The translations under genes were made by a program, and so were the position numbers. From Chiloscyllium plagiosum (Eukaryota), in assembly GCF_004010195.1 (NCBI RefSeq), contig NC_057719.1, positions 73,087,446-73,151,445 of the forward strand: DNA of 64,000 nt, given 5' to 3'. The notes under the pieces were generated by a model. That model did no database searches and had not been told where the DNA came from. It saw only the letters and a program-made list of their open reading frames with translations. Positions 35,905-49,224 of the stretch are shown here, in pieces. Within the stretch, counting starts at the first letter, position 1. Each line of letters starts with the position of its first letter.

Positions 35905-36285
35905 GTAGCTCAGTTAGAACATTGTGCCTCATGAGTTAAAAGAGAGCGTTCTATTCTCTAAGAACTTAAAACGTAAAAATCAAAGCTGACACTTCAGTTT
36001 CGGACTCCAGGAGTGCTGTACTGTCAGACCAGATGCCTGTCACTTGAAATTCCCAAAGGACCTTCAATTCCATGTGGCACTATTTCGAAGTCGAGTTTCA
36101 TCTTAAGCAAAGTGGACTGGCTAATATTTATCCCTCTATCAGCATCGCAATGAACAGTTATCTATTAGTCGACACATTTGTGGGAGGTTGCTGTGCACTC
36201 ATTAGCTGTTGTGTTTCTCTCACTTGAAAAGTACTTGATTGGCTATTAAGTGCTTTGGATGCCCCATAGTTGTGAAAGTTGCTTC
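35905..36285 (+). mobile_element. DeuSINE-like (SacSINE1/AmnSINE-related) old SINE
   Basis: tRNA-like head tagctcagtt, then Deu-domain-like ggcactattt..ggctaatatttatccctc..ttgtgggag.ttgctgtgc..aaaagtactt.attggct. Recognised from recall of the family consensus. Confidence 0.6.
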
Positions 36286-37240
36286 CAGAGCATTACAGCA
36301 CAGTACAGGCCCTTCAGCCCTGTGCGCCACCTTGTAAAGCCAATCCGAAGCCCATCTAACCTACACTATTCCATTCTCGTCCATATGTCTATCCAGTGAC
36401 CATTTAAATGCCCTTAAAGTTGGTGAGTCTACTACTGTAGCAGGCAGTGCATTCCATGCTCTGACTACTCTGAGGAAACAAACTACCTCTGACATCTGTC
36501 CTATATCAATCACCCCTCAACTTAAAGCTATGTCCCCTCGTGCTAGCCATCGCCATCCGAGGAAAAAGGCTCTCACTGTTAACCCTTTTTAACCCACTGA
36601 TCATCTTATATGTCTCAATTAAGTCACCAAAACCCCTCTAATGACAACAGTCTCAGGTCCCTCAGCCTTTCCTCGTAAGATCTTCCCTCTATACCAGGTA
36701 ACATCCTGGTAAATCTCCTCTGAACCATTTCCAAAGCTTTTACATCCTCCCTAAAATGCAGCGACCAGAACTGCACACAATACTCCAAGTGCGGCCGCAC
36801 CAGAGTTTTGTACAGCTGCAACATGACCTCATGCCTCAGAAACTCAATCCTTCTACCAATAAAAGCCAACACACAGTATGCCTTAAAAACCCTATCAACC
36901 TGGGTGGCAACTTTCAGGGGTATATGTACATGGACACAGATCTCTCTGCTCATCTACACTATCAAGAATCTTACCATTAGCCCAGTACTGTGCATTCCAG
37001 TTGCTCCTTCCAAAGTGAATCACCTCACGTTTTTCCACATTAAACTCCATTTGTCACCTCTCAGCCCAGCTCTGCAGCTTATCTATGTCCTGCCCTCATC
37101 GAGGTCATTTATAAAAATGACAAACAGCAGTGGACCTAAAATACGTTCTTGCAGCACACCACCAGGAACTAAACTCCAGTATGAACAATTCCCATTGACC
37201 ACCACCCTCTATCTTCTTTCAGATATTCAATTTCTGATCC
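36286..37240 (-). mobile_element. CR1 LINE 3' fragment in MAX intron 4
   Basis: LYKTLVRPHLEYCVQFWS...VQRRFTRMLPG in ORF 36624-36953. Confidence 0.9.
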
Positions 37241-38566
37241 GATTCTGATTGATAAAATTGTTTAAAATATGCTGTATAAATCAGCATAAGCTGAATTGTA
37301 TATAGCAGCTGTGTCCAATCTTTAGTTGGATTGCAAGTATAGAAATACTTGGGCTGCCTCAATGTTGGCATTTACTCCTTGCATTTTCTTTCAAAGACAA
37401 ATGATTTCAAACTGAGGTGAAAAAACTTAACCGCTATCCTACACACGAATCTCTGTAGTCCATGGAGTATTTACTGAAATCTGTGCATGTAATTTGCTAG
37501 ACATTAATTTTATACAATATGATATGGACTTTTCCATTCACACTCTTGACATGTATCCAATTATGTCAGAATTTCACCTGGAAGTAAAATGTTCTCATCA
37601 ATCAGTGTCTCGGTTTTCATATGAAGATGTACTTCTATTGAGTGCAAAACATTTTGAAGTGAATACATTATAATGCCAGAAAATGATTTGAATTAAATGC
37701 TCTGCATGTACTGTTTCTGTCCTGCAATTTGACATCTAAGCATGCTGCTCCTTTGTTTGAGATACAGTTGATGACATCCTTTTTAAGTTATTTTCTTGTC
37801 ATGTCACAAAGTCCCTTGTTTTGTGTTTTACCCAAACCACTTTTTTTTTGTCTCCTTACAATCCTTTCTCTGAAGCTTTGTAATGGGTTCTATCTTGTTT
37901 GTTGAATCCCCCTATTTCCAGTACTATAAGTGGCACAACTACTTTGTGTGCTGTCAGTGTACAACATAACTGCTTAACAAATATTTACCACAAGGTGGTA
38001 GTAATAGTACATTGGACATGGTTCATGCACAATCAAGCAACTTAAAATAATTCAGTGTACTATATAATAATTTAGTATACTAAAAGAGAGCTTTGCAGTG
38101 ATTTACTTGAAGCTTGGTCAAATGTGGAACAATGTGTGACCACTCTCAGCTTATGCTGGAATTGTAGAACTCAAAAGTTAGCTGCTACCAAAGTAGATAT
38201 GGACTAACACAATAAATCCATGAGCTGAACAATACATAATGTGATGAGATGGAATGAGATGTGAGTGATGTCCAAACTTTTGGGCAAGAGGAAGTGGTTT
38301 TAAAGACATTTTAATGGTTTACTTCAGATGCATTGTCAAAAGTAATTATAAGTTGGGTTCTTGTGAACAGAACAATCCTGTGGTACCCAGCACCAATTCA
38401 CTTGTTTGATCTCAATTATGTAAAGTAGCAAAGCTGTATGATATGCTGAAATACAAGAATTTTAGATTCGTGCAGTGTGGAAGTCAGCAGCAAAGAATTT
38501 CACTGTGTGTGTAGTATATAAATCTTTTGCTTTGGTTTTTATCAGTGAACTGCCTTTCTTTTGCAG

Positions 38567-38754
38567 TACGTGCACTGGAAAAGGCACGGGCGGCTGCCCA
38601 GCTCCAGGCCAACTTTTCATCCTCCGACAGCAGTTTATACACCAATCCCAAGGGCAGTGCAGTTTCTGCCTTTGACGGAGGCTCTGACTCAACTTCAGAG
38701 TCAGAAACGGAAGAACCCCAGACGAGAAAGAAGCTGCGAATGGAGGCATGCTGA
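38567..38754 (+). CDS. MAX: MAX exon 5 coding part (VRALEKAR...[12 protein letters not shown])
   Basis: ctttcttttgcAG acceptor, 188 nt to TGA. Exons sum to 36+27+108+124+188 = 483 nt, i.e. 160 aa plus stop. Acidic Ser-rich tail and basic NLS-like RKKLR. Confidence 0.97.
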
Positions 38755-39800
38755 ACCCCTTCAGGCAATAAACTGGCTGGCTTTTACTAGGGATTTTTGT
38801 GTATAGCTTTACTTTTCAGTGTGTCTTCTGTCAGACCCCTTTGTGCTTTAAGGATTATAACAATTGATGCTGTTAGCAGGACAGCATCTTGGTTCATCGG
38901 TAGAAGGACTTCCTGCTCTTCCTCATGAAATTACAACATGGCAGCTGTCAAACTTATTAAGGAACTCCACCTGCTGCAACAGGAACTTTGCAGCAGTTCT
39001 TGACTCACTGGCTGTGGCACCCAGTTTGGGCGTGGGGGTCGTCTAGATTTAAAATATTAAAAGACTAAGGAAGCAAGGCACAAGTTATTTGATGCACAAT
39101 GAATCTGTATGTGTGTCTATTACAAACTGTTGGCCATGTAGAACTAATCTTTAATTTTTTTTTTAGATGTTTTTGCTCTTATTTTATTCATTTCAATTAT
39201 GAAACAGAAATTCATTGTCACTTGGCATGGAAGAGATATAGACTTCAAAACTGTATACTTCAGGCATGTTTTATTTTTCGTATTTCCTGTGTTTTACAGA
39301 TTTTTTTTTAGAACCCTCAAATATTCTGTGCCTTGTATTGCTTTTATGTAACCCTATGAAATGATGGAACAGCTTAAGTGCCCTAAAGCTATGCTTAATG
39401 GTACTGAAATGTCAAAAGTCAATACATCCAAAATGGGTATGTTAAGTTTAAATGTTTTAGCAGGAACCAAAATAATTGTATTTAAGCCTCAGTCTGCATA
39501 ATACAATGTACAAAATTAAATTGATTTACATTACAGCTAATTATTGATGTCTGAACAATCAGCTGGCTGCCAAGCACTATTCAGGCTGTGTTGGGGGGGG
39601 GTGTACATTTGTCTGTCTCTGCCTTTTCAATTATTGGTCAAAGCTTAAACTAGCTTGTAGCATTATGTAGATTTGTCTCTTGTTATTTGATTCCATTCCA
39701 TGGAAATTACAGGTATGTTGTACATACTGCCACGAATTGTCTTGCAAGTTGAGGCTGACCTTTACTATGAGACTATAAATAAAAACTATTTTATCCTTGT
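38755..39800 (+). other. MAX: MAX 3' UTR (about 1 kb)
   Basis: AT-rich sequence with no recognisable repeats, running from the stop codon to AATAAA at 39778-39783. Confidence 0.75.
39778..39783 (+). terminator. MAX polyadenylation signal AATAAA
   Basis: AATAAA with upstream UGUA (39719) and downstream U/GU-rich sequence (ttgttatttgtg). Confidence 0.75.
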
Positions 39801-42113
39801 TATTTGTGATAGTTAATGGTCTTTACTAACGTCAAAGGGAAGAACACATTAGCTTCATTCAACCTACTTGCAACTGAATGAATTTGATATTGCTATCCAG
39901 TTGTCCAAAGGGGGAAGAAACTGTTTGAGGTTTATGCTAAATTGAAGTGTGAAGTGCATATCTCTCTCCTCAAGAACAACTGTTATTTTGTCCTGAATAG
40001 TTGCATTAATATTAACAATGTAGTTCTTTTATTTCTGTGAAAAGGAATAGGAAGTTAGATTTATGTGTCACATTCTTTGACCTTTGATTGGAAGTACTCC
40101 AGCCAATGAAGTATTTTTGAAATGAAATATCTTTCCTGATATCCTAGCAGTGTCTCAGTAGCTGTGTTCATAGTTTGTTTTAAATCTTGTGTCTTTGGCA
40201 AATCATTCTGATTTGAAGTTTAAGTAAAGCTTGTTTTAGGAAACTTTTTTTAAAATGCTCCTGTGACAAAATGACTCTAGGAATACAGTATATTTTAAGA
40301 AAATACATCTAGACGTGGGGTATTCCACCTAAATCTTGATTGTGTATGGCTGTATTGTAGGTTAATCTTTGGTCTTTGTAACAACTGTTTGGAATATGTC
40401 TAACTCAGCTTGGAGCTTTAGTCCATTGCTGTTCATTTGGAATGGAAATTGAAGTATATGCTGAGTTCAGTCCTTGAATCGAATGCCGATTTATTGAAGA
40501 TTTAACATGTTTGAGAATTGTTTATATTTAATTTCTTGAATTCTGCCCAAACTGATGGCAATTCATGTCACTCTGCTACATTGGTTGTACAAGTTAAAAC
40601 TAATCTTTTTGTTCCCCAAACTAATTTTTGAGAGAGTGTAAGCTCAGTTATGTAAATATACAAGCATTTGCATTTTGCTCACCAAGAAAGTTCTGGATGG
40701 TGAACTTTAAAACTGCTGTGAAATTTCCTGAGGTTAAGGAAGTGTGGAAGAACATTGCTGGCTTTCTCTAGAAGCTCTGCACTTTTTCTGATGTACTGAT
40801 AAATGTTGTAAAGCTGGCATTCCTCACTCGGAGTTACCTTCTTAAATAAATTACAGAGCAAGAGAACAGTGACTTCTGTGCCAACAAAGAAAATCTGAAC
40901 AATATTTAACATTTAAAGCAAGGTATTTTTAATAACAGGTTGAGGTTCCATGTGCAATGCATCATGGAATGTTAATGGAAGCTCCAACAGCAGGAATCTG
41001 ATTAGTTGAGCTTGCACAGAAGAAGCTTGTTTGTAACACCCCTAATGCAGTTGGAATTTTCTAAGTTCAGGCCCCATTCTGGAGCAATTCTATGATTTGC
41101 ATAACAGCAATTCCATAAACATGAACAATTCCCATAAAAGTAGTCAATATTTTATGATGCAGTGATAAAGAAGTAAAGTATAATTTGCAACTAACTAGCA
41201 ACGTAGGTAAGCTTTTTAAACTTTCTGTAGAAAGGAATATTGGAAGAGCCTATTTTGTCAACAATGCTAATGTTCACAGTATTTAAATTTAACACTTGCT
41301 TATGAAAAAGGTTCTTGCTCTTTCTCCAGAAATGAAAATATAACTAATGGAAAGTCTAGTTCCCAGTTTGTACTCAAAAGCTAATGTGGCTTGCATAGTT
41401 CTACCTGCAGGTCCAGTTTCTTTCTTTGCATGAATTATTTGGTGTTAGCCTTTTTATTTTGACTATTGTGTAAATTCTACAGCTCAGAAATAACTCATTT
41501 GATGCAACTGGTCAAAACTGATTATCAGTATAATGTATTTCTTTCTGCTTTGTGTGTTTATCTGGCTTTGCCTTAAATGCATCCTTAATGTTCTCAACTA
41601 CTACTTGAATAAAGTTACGCAAATTCCTACTTCTGGCCAACTAACAACACTGGTTTCGAAGACAACAACTTGACTGGTAAGAAAACTGCTTGTCTACAAG
41701 CCCCATACTTGCCGCACATTGCTGTTTGGAAATGAAGCCTGGATGTCCAGTGGTTTACATCTACATCACATGGAAAGACAAGGTGTCCAAGGCATTTGTG
41801 ATTTTGAGGGCAAGTATGCGAGTCCTGATCAAGGTCTGTATGCTAGGCCTGTTGGAAGATACCCATGACTGAAGGATATTCAATACAGGGAGGTAGCTGG
41901 GCTAAGAGAGCGGGGCTCTCAAAATTGCTTTAAAGATCCTGTGAAAGCTCTGTGTCAACTAGGAAACTCTAACTGACCATCTGTGCATTTGCAGTAAGTG
42001 CTACCACTTTGGCTTCAGAAGTTTCAAAGTTTAAAAGCCCTGCAACAAGACATCAGCAGTGATCACCCTGCGGCACCAGCAAAGGACAACTTCATGTGTG
42101 GTACTTGTGGCAA

Positions 42114-42920
42114 GTAGAGTCATAGAGATGTACAGCACGGAAACTGGCCATTCGCTCCGACTCGTCCATGCCAACCAGATATCCCAACCCAATCTTGTCC
42201 CACTTGCCAGCACCAGGACCATAACCCTCCAAAGCCTTCCTATTCGTATACCCATCCAGATGCCTTTTAAATGTTGCAATTGTATCAGCCTCGACCACAT
42301 CCTCTGGCAGCTCATTCCATACACGTACCATCCTCTGCGTGAAAATGTTGCCCCTTGGGTCTCTCTTATACCTTGCCCCTCTCACTCCTTAGGGTGGCAC
42401 GGTGGCTTAGTGGTTAGCACTGCTGCCTCACAGCACCAGGGTCCCAGGTTCGATTCCAGCCTCCGGCAACTGTCTGTGTGGAGTTTGCACATTCTCCCTT
42501 TGCGTGGGTTTCCTCTGGGTATCCGGTTTCCTCCCAAGTCCAAAGATGTTCAGGTCAAGTGAATTGGCCATGCTAAATTGCCCATAGCGTTAGGTGCATC
42601 AGTCAGAGGAAAATGGGTCTGGGTGGGTTACTCTTCGGACGGTCGGTGTGGACTGGTTGGGCCTAAGGGCCTGTTTCCACACTGTGGGTAATCTAATCTA
42701 AACCTATGCCCTCGAGTTCTGTTCTCCATCACCCCAGGGAAAGGACTTTGTCTATTTACCCTACCCATTCCCCTCATGATTTTATAAACCTCTGTAAGGT
42801 CACCCTTCAGCCTCCGATGCTCCAGGGAAAACAGCCCTAGCCTATTCAACCTCTCCCTATAGCTCAAATCCTCCAACCCTGGCAACATCCTTGTAAATCT
42901 TTTCTGAACCCTTTCAAGTT
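42114..42920 (-). mobile_element. CR1 3' fragment with a nested SINE
   Basis: LERVQKRFTRMLPGLEDLSYRERL and WNELPE motifs on -. Confidence 0.9.
42391..42700 (+). mobile_element. HE1/V-SINE-like SINE inserted antisense in a CR1
   Basis: A box TGGCTTAGTGG, B box GGTTCGATTCC, aatctaatcta tail. Confidence 0.9.
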
Positions 42921-45900
42921 TTTGTTCCAAAAGTACAATATGTCTTGTCTGATGTCACCAAGGTTTGGAGCTGCATTCTTAACACCTCTCAGAAGAATAC
43001 CAGTCGTCTTCCATTGATGATATTTGTTTTGTTTCCCTGTTAGTGGATTAATCTTTCCACACCTACCTGATCAAACCTACCGTACCTTCATTCTTTTAAT
43101 AGCTTCTATTGGATGCTTGGAACTGGTTTATCACAATTTTGATTAACCCAATACTGAAAGTGATTTTTCCTCTTACAGCACTTGCTGGTCGATTTACAAT
43201 TATGGTTCAGAGATACTACTGTGGCAATGTTGTCCACAGTTAATTCTATTTTAGGAATACTAAGCAATTTCAGGTTTGTCCCTGCAATTATATGAAACAC
43301 AGCGCTACCCACTTGTGACCCACAACCACTACATTGAGTTCTTGATACACACTTAATAACATGGTGGAATTTTAGAACCATTTTTAATTGCTACTTAAGA
43401 TGCCTTGAATTTTCCAGTTATTAGTATTCAAATTACGCCTGCATTAGTAGGAGAATCTTTGTCATTGTTACAATGGACCATGATCTCCATGTCACGGAAA
43501 TGATCTGTCATTGGTATAGGAAGAACACGTGTTTATGCTGTTTTGGAATGTGCTGAAAAATCAGCTTCCTCAGCTGCCTGTATATCTAAATTCATATTTT
43601 AACAAGTTCTCTCTCTGTTCCTTCAGATAGCAAGGTGGCCAGAAGGGTAAATATTGGCAGCATTGTAGGTGTGAGCACCCTGGTAACAGCTGAACAGATC
43701 AGAAAATTTAATTGTATGGAGGGAGCTAATGCAAAGAATAAACAACAAAACGTACAGTTGTCAATGTAACATGCAATTGAATAATATTTGGAGCATACTT
43801 GTGCTGAGATTTTGGGGACTTTAAAAGTTCATGGTAAAGTCGCCAATTGCAATTGTTAAATGATTTTCAAAACAAATTTTCTTTTAAAGTTAAGTTCAAG
43901 GAGAAAATGACAGGAGTTTCTGCTACCCTCTATTGACATTGTTTGATCTTTGCAACGTAGGAACAAAACTAGCTTTTTGACCCAAAAAAATCAAGTAAGC
44001 TCGTTCGAACAAACCCTTGACAACAATGACATTAAAATGCCCTTTGTCAGAGCTCAAAAAGAATGGACTTAATCCGTTGCACACTTGTTTGCCTATAATG
44101 ACCATTCATGTAATTTAGGAAGTTGTGCTGAGATGTTTCAAACAGTTGCAATGACACAATGGCATGCATTCAGCTGCTATATTGGGACCAACATTAAAAA
44201 CATTCATCAACTGTAATTTTACTGCCTTCTATACTTTCATTTGGCCCAGCTTCAAATCCAACCCAAGAGAGCAAGGAAGGAAAATAAGAGCAAAGAAAGC
44301 TGGAAAATCTCGGCAGGTCTGATAGCACCTGTGATGAAAGAAACAGCTAACATTTCCAGTCGCTTAGCCAGTCTTGCTCCACAACCTTGGAGCTTGTTCA
44401 AGATACACAAACAGAACTGATTGTTTCACCTTGTTCGTGACTAATTTTCTCCTATCTCGGATCATCACTTTTCCCCTTTGTCCATCTCTACTTGTGCATT
44501 TTTCGATGCTCTTTCCAACAACAGAAGTTTCAAATTCTCCTGTCTCACAGTTGAGGATGGGGGCGAATGTTTCTTTGTACCATTTATAATCTGCCAAGTT
44601 GAACTTGTTCCAGTATTGGAGAGCCCTTGCCTCCGCTCTTCCTCCAGATAAATATTGTTGGATCGGGAGACAAAATGGTTCCAACCTCTTTGTCAGATAT
44701 ACAAAACACTCCTAACAGTTGTTTAAAGTCACGTTTTTTAATGTGTAGTTGAATCTGGATTGGCCTAGGGGTTGGGGAACAAGTGCATTGTCAGCATGAC
44801 ATCCTGCAGTTGGGACAACTTTATTTTTCTCTTCATCCATTTCATTCCTTTTTGTTCATATGGTGCTCCTTGCTCACTTCTGAGTGAGGAGCACCTGTAT
44901 TCCTTTGACCGTCTAATGTATGGTCATCTCCTTACTGATGATCTGTTATATCAGCAGTTTTCAACCCATTTAACTCTTCACCCTGTCATCAAAGTCTCAT
45001 GTCTTGTTGTCTTCATTTCAGTCATACAAAAATGTCTGCCTATGTTTCAATAACCAGACTTGCTCAGGGTAATGGTTCTGAAATGTCAAACCCCTGTGTA
45101 TACAAATGTTGACTGATCTGTTGTGTGCTTTCTATATTTTCTTCCCTGTGTTTCCTGCAAGAGTTCCTGAACATAATTCTTCAAAGATCATGTTTGAGGT
45201 GGGAAATAGTCTCCTCGGACCAACGATAGCAATTGTGGAGAGGAGTTGTCCCAGTTTCGAGATTCGGGTGGGACAATCCTGGACACGCTGGATCAATGTG
45301 ACCACACAACATCGGCTAATGGTTGTGTCCAAAATATTCTTCAATTTCAGAAAATGTTTCTGAGGCCTGAGGTGTTTGTGTCAAATTGTAACAGCTAGGG
45401 GCTCACAAATAACGCTCTATCATTGCATGAGGTTGGGGGAAAACCGGCATACACGTGCCCAAGCCTGTAAAAAGGGGCGGCTGACTAAGTGTTTGGAATG
45501 AGAGGTTGGGAAGACGAGCTGCTGTGCGAATGAGGGTTAAGAATCTGTGTTCGGAATAGGGGTAAGGAGAGAAGGTCTGATTACGATGCACTGTGCATAA
45601 CCTTTTAAAAAGCTAAGTGCTTTAAAACATATTTTCACATGATTTGTTAATTTTAGTATGTGAACTTTAATAATATGCTGAATTCTGTGCTGTTTTGTGG
45701 TAACTGTTATGTTTTGCCTTTGCTAAGTTTGAGTTAATTTTCAGGAGTTTAAATGGGATCACATGAGAAAGTAGTTTGGGAAGCTTTGGTTTAGTATGTT
45801 CCTCCAGTTTGTTGAATTTATTTCTGTATTACAGATGAATCTTAAGAAGTTGTAATGTTTGTATAAGTCATGTTATCTGCCTGCCATAGGATACTACTGA

Positions 45901-46202
45901 ATGCACTTGTCTTATAACATGTGTCCATTTGGTCATGGAGAAAAAGCAGGCGCGCACAAGCCTATAGATCAAAAATTTAGGTAATTCTTATTGCTGAACA
46001 CATTGTTGCAATTGCCCAACAGTTTGTGGCATTTCCGTCCTCATTGCAAAAGTTATCTCTTGTGAACTACTGGCGGAAATGAATATGATATTAGAACAAA
46101 TACACAACATTTTAACGCACAAATTGCATTCAGGTATTTGTTTAACTCCAACCATTTCTCACCTGCAGTGACCTGATCAATGTCAACAAAATAAGTGCTG
46201 TT

Positions 46203-46913
46203 GAATGAATGAATGACTTTATTGTCATGGGTATTTTACAGTAAGATAAGCAGTAAATACAGTGAAAAGTTTTTCCAATGTCACCATGATTTGGTGCCAT
46301 TTTGAGAATAGTTTAAGAAAAAGAAAGAAAGATATAGCTTAAAAGGAGTCTGTCAGTCCTGAGCCAGCTCATGTTGATGCCTGTGCCACCATCCCTCCAC
46401 CACCGTCTATGCCTGACCCAACCACTGTCAGAGTTGTCACTCTTCAGGTCCCATCTTTTGCCACTGGGCTGATTCTCCTCTGCCACTACTTCGCAACCAC
46501 CTATACCAGACCCACTAATGGCCGAATCACATCTTAGGCCGTTGGGCCCAGCTCAATGACATCTCTGCTTCACGCCACCACCATCGGACCCAACCACTGA
46601 CGATGTCTATCTTAAGGTACCATCTTTTGCTGCTTGGCCTACCTTGCCAATGCTGTCTTTGTTGATGTAGCAGCTGCCAATTCCAATGCCAGATCCCATG
46701 CTCATCTCGGTAAAGTAAATAGGGACTCACTTCAATCCACACCGAAGCCACTCATCACTGCCATGAGGTCCATGCTGGACCCACTCGAGTCCATGCTGGG
46801 AATCCCTCCCTGCCATTGATGCTATCTGAGCTCAAGATAAGAAGGTACTGGGGAAGAAAAGCAGTGGGAGTGGACGAGTGCTACAGCAGGAGCCCTACTC
46901 TACCACTATCTTG
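46203..46913 (-). mobile_element. Probable non-LTR retroelement remnant, family uncertain
   Basis: On - it ends gacaataaagtcattcattcattc (poly(A) signal plus (CATT)n tail) and has a compositionally distinct body. Confidence 0.4.
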
Positions 46914-48036
46914 ATGTTGTTACAGGTGAAGCATTTAGGTAAAATTGAACATCCCATTTGAATAAAAAGCAGCAAACATACTGCAGCAAGATGGGAGGTA
47001 GCTAACCCAATAGTTTCTCAAGTGTTGAGCATGATGCCTGATAGCAACAAATTTGTGAAGATATGTTCTTTGGACAAGATTGTTATTAAGATACCAGTAC
47101 AACAATTAAATTGCAGGTTTCCAAAGAACAATCCATCTGGATTTAATTTTGCTTTCTTTCTTAAATGGCCACAGCCTTCAGTGGTATGGAGAAAATCTAA
47201 GCCAAATTGTGTTGGTTGGCTGTGTTAATAATAGTATCCAACAAATCTCACTCAATTAGCTTAAAAGTTGTGTTTAATGGTGAACCCAAGCCAGGACAAC
47301 GGTGGCAAAGCCAAACCACTTGGAAAAGCCAGAGGGGGAAGATAAAACACAAATCACAACCTCACTTGAAATCAGATCTAATAACACTGGACAAAAGAGG
47401 TATAGCCAAGATCAATCCAAAGCTTTAAGTAATCTTGATCAAATAAAACAAAAAGTATGTTCTGACAATTAAAAGAAAGATTTATAAAATAATCCAAAGA
47501 AATATAAAATCAAAAGCCAACATCTGTTTTGCGGGAATTTTGGGAGTTGACTAGCCAAGGTCTTAGCTTGGTTTGCAAGTTTGAGCTTGCTCTTGTCTAA
47601 GGGGAGAAATGTTCAATTGTGTTGGACAGAAAGACAGAATGTTAGATTCAACCTTACGGCAACAGCAGGGTCAGAAATAGGCTGCGGTGTGCACCAGCAA
47701 ACTCTCAATCACACGACTTTGTGATGCTTTCACGATCACAGGAGCAGCAAGATCATTTTCATGGCAATAGTAATGTTCAGAGTGGGTCTACAAAGTTGAT
47801 AGAGATAGTGGTAGAGTGCCTACGTTATGCAGTTCATCCTCAGAATAATGCAAAATTTCAAGTCTCTGCATGGTCCCAAATTATGATATAAAAGTTTCAA
47901 AAGATTTTGATCTTCTAAACATCCAATAAGTTCACATTGTGATTTAGACCTGTTTAATGTTAATGTAAAATTCAGAGGTATATTGTTCTTAGTATTAAAC
48001 ACACAGCAACAAAGTTTGAAAATTCCTAGCCTTAAC

Positions 48037-48328
48037 AGAGTCCAGAACTAGAGGGCACAGGTTCAGGGTGAGAGGGGAAAGTTATAAAAGGGACCTAAGG
48101 GGCAACCTTTTCATGCAGAGTATTAAATCAGCTGCCAGAGGAAGTAATGGAGGCTGGTACAATTGCAACATCTAAAAGGCATCTGGATGGGTATATATGA
48201 ATAGGAAGGGTTTGGAGGGATATGGGCCGGGTGCCGGCAAATGGGGCTAGATTAGGTTGGGATATCTGGTCAGCATGGACGAGTTGGACTGAAGGGTCTG
48301 TTTCCGTGCTGTACATCTTCATGACTCT
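48037..48328 (+). mobile_element. CR1 3' end
   Basis: Close match to about 60630-60928, with an internal deletion. Confidence 0.88.
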
Positions 48329-49099
48329 TAAGTTGGTGAGATATGACCTCCACTTAAAATATCAGTGCTATTATTGAATCATCTTGATTCTAAAATGATG
48401 ATGTCTACCGTATCTCTGATTCTTTTTCCAATAGTTTGTCTGCCACCAAGATTAGGTTGTCTGCCTGTACTAGCTCAGGCCTTCTTGCCCTTTCAACAAA
48501 TATAAATCCTAACAGTCCTCCAATCCCATTGCTATAATCAAGAAGGATTGGAAAATGACTACCGAAACATCCACCATCTCTTCCTTTGATTCCCTTTATA
48601 GCATAGGATATAATTCATCCGGATCAGGTGATTTATCCATAAATCCTCCCTCACTTTGTTTATCTCATCCAGCGTTTTGCACTCCTGAAATATACTGTCT
48701 GCTTCATCCCTTTTGTAAACACAAGCACAATGTATTCATTAACAGCTATGCCCAAACTCTGTGTTTCTACCCACAAATTACTTTTTTGGTCTCTCGCTCT
48801 TTATATATTTATAGAATGCCTTTGGATTGTCCTTGGTTTTAATTGCCAATATGTTTTCATTCCCTCTCTTTGCCTTCCCAAATTCCTATTTTTAAATGTC
48901 ACCCTTGTACTTTCTACATTCCTTTAGCTACCTGTAGGATTGTGCTTTTGGTAGTTGACAAAAGTTTTCTTGCTTTTTGCCTTGTCCTAGTCGATGTGTT
49001 CTTTGATACTAGGGCAATGTCTTGATTTGGACTTTTTTCTTTGTGAGAACACATACATTCTAAACTGTCTTCCTTCAACAACCCCCATTCTTTAGAATC

Positions 49100-49224
49100 A
49101 ATCTATGTTTCTGAGCAACCTGTTCAGAGATGTTATTTACATACCTCTGGAGCAGGTGGGACTTGAACCTGGGCCTCCCAGTCTAGAGGTAAGGGCACTA
49201 CCACTATGCCACACAAAGGCCCCT
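49100..49224 (-). mobile_element. Short tRNA-derived SINE, best-preserved copy
   Basis: On -: A box TGGCATAGTGG and B box GGTTCAAGTCC. Flanking repeat acccccatt at 49081-49089 and 49225-49233. Confidence 0.72.

Noticed and set aside
34736..38566. Search for a delta-Max-type alternative exon in intron 4
   Set aside because: I could not recognise one. A weak acceptor near 35003 is unsupported.
38740..38754. MAX ends in Cys (MEAC) next to a farnesyltransferase gene
   Set aside because: A CaaX box needs Cys fourth from the end; here it is the last residue. The adjacency is coincidental.
44364..45600. ORFs of 60-106 aa and mild CpG enrichment between MAX and FNTB
   Set aside because: No recognisable domain or consistent exon structure, and partly overlapping decayed repeats.
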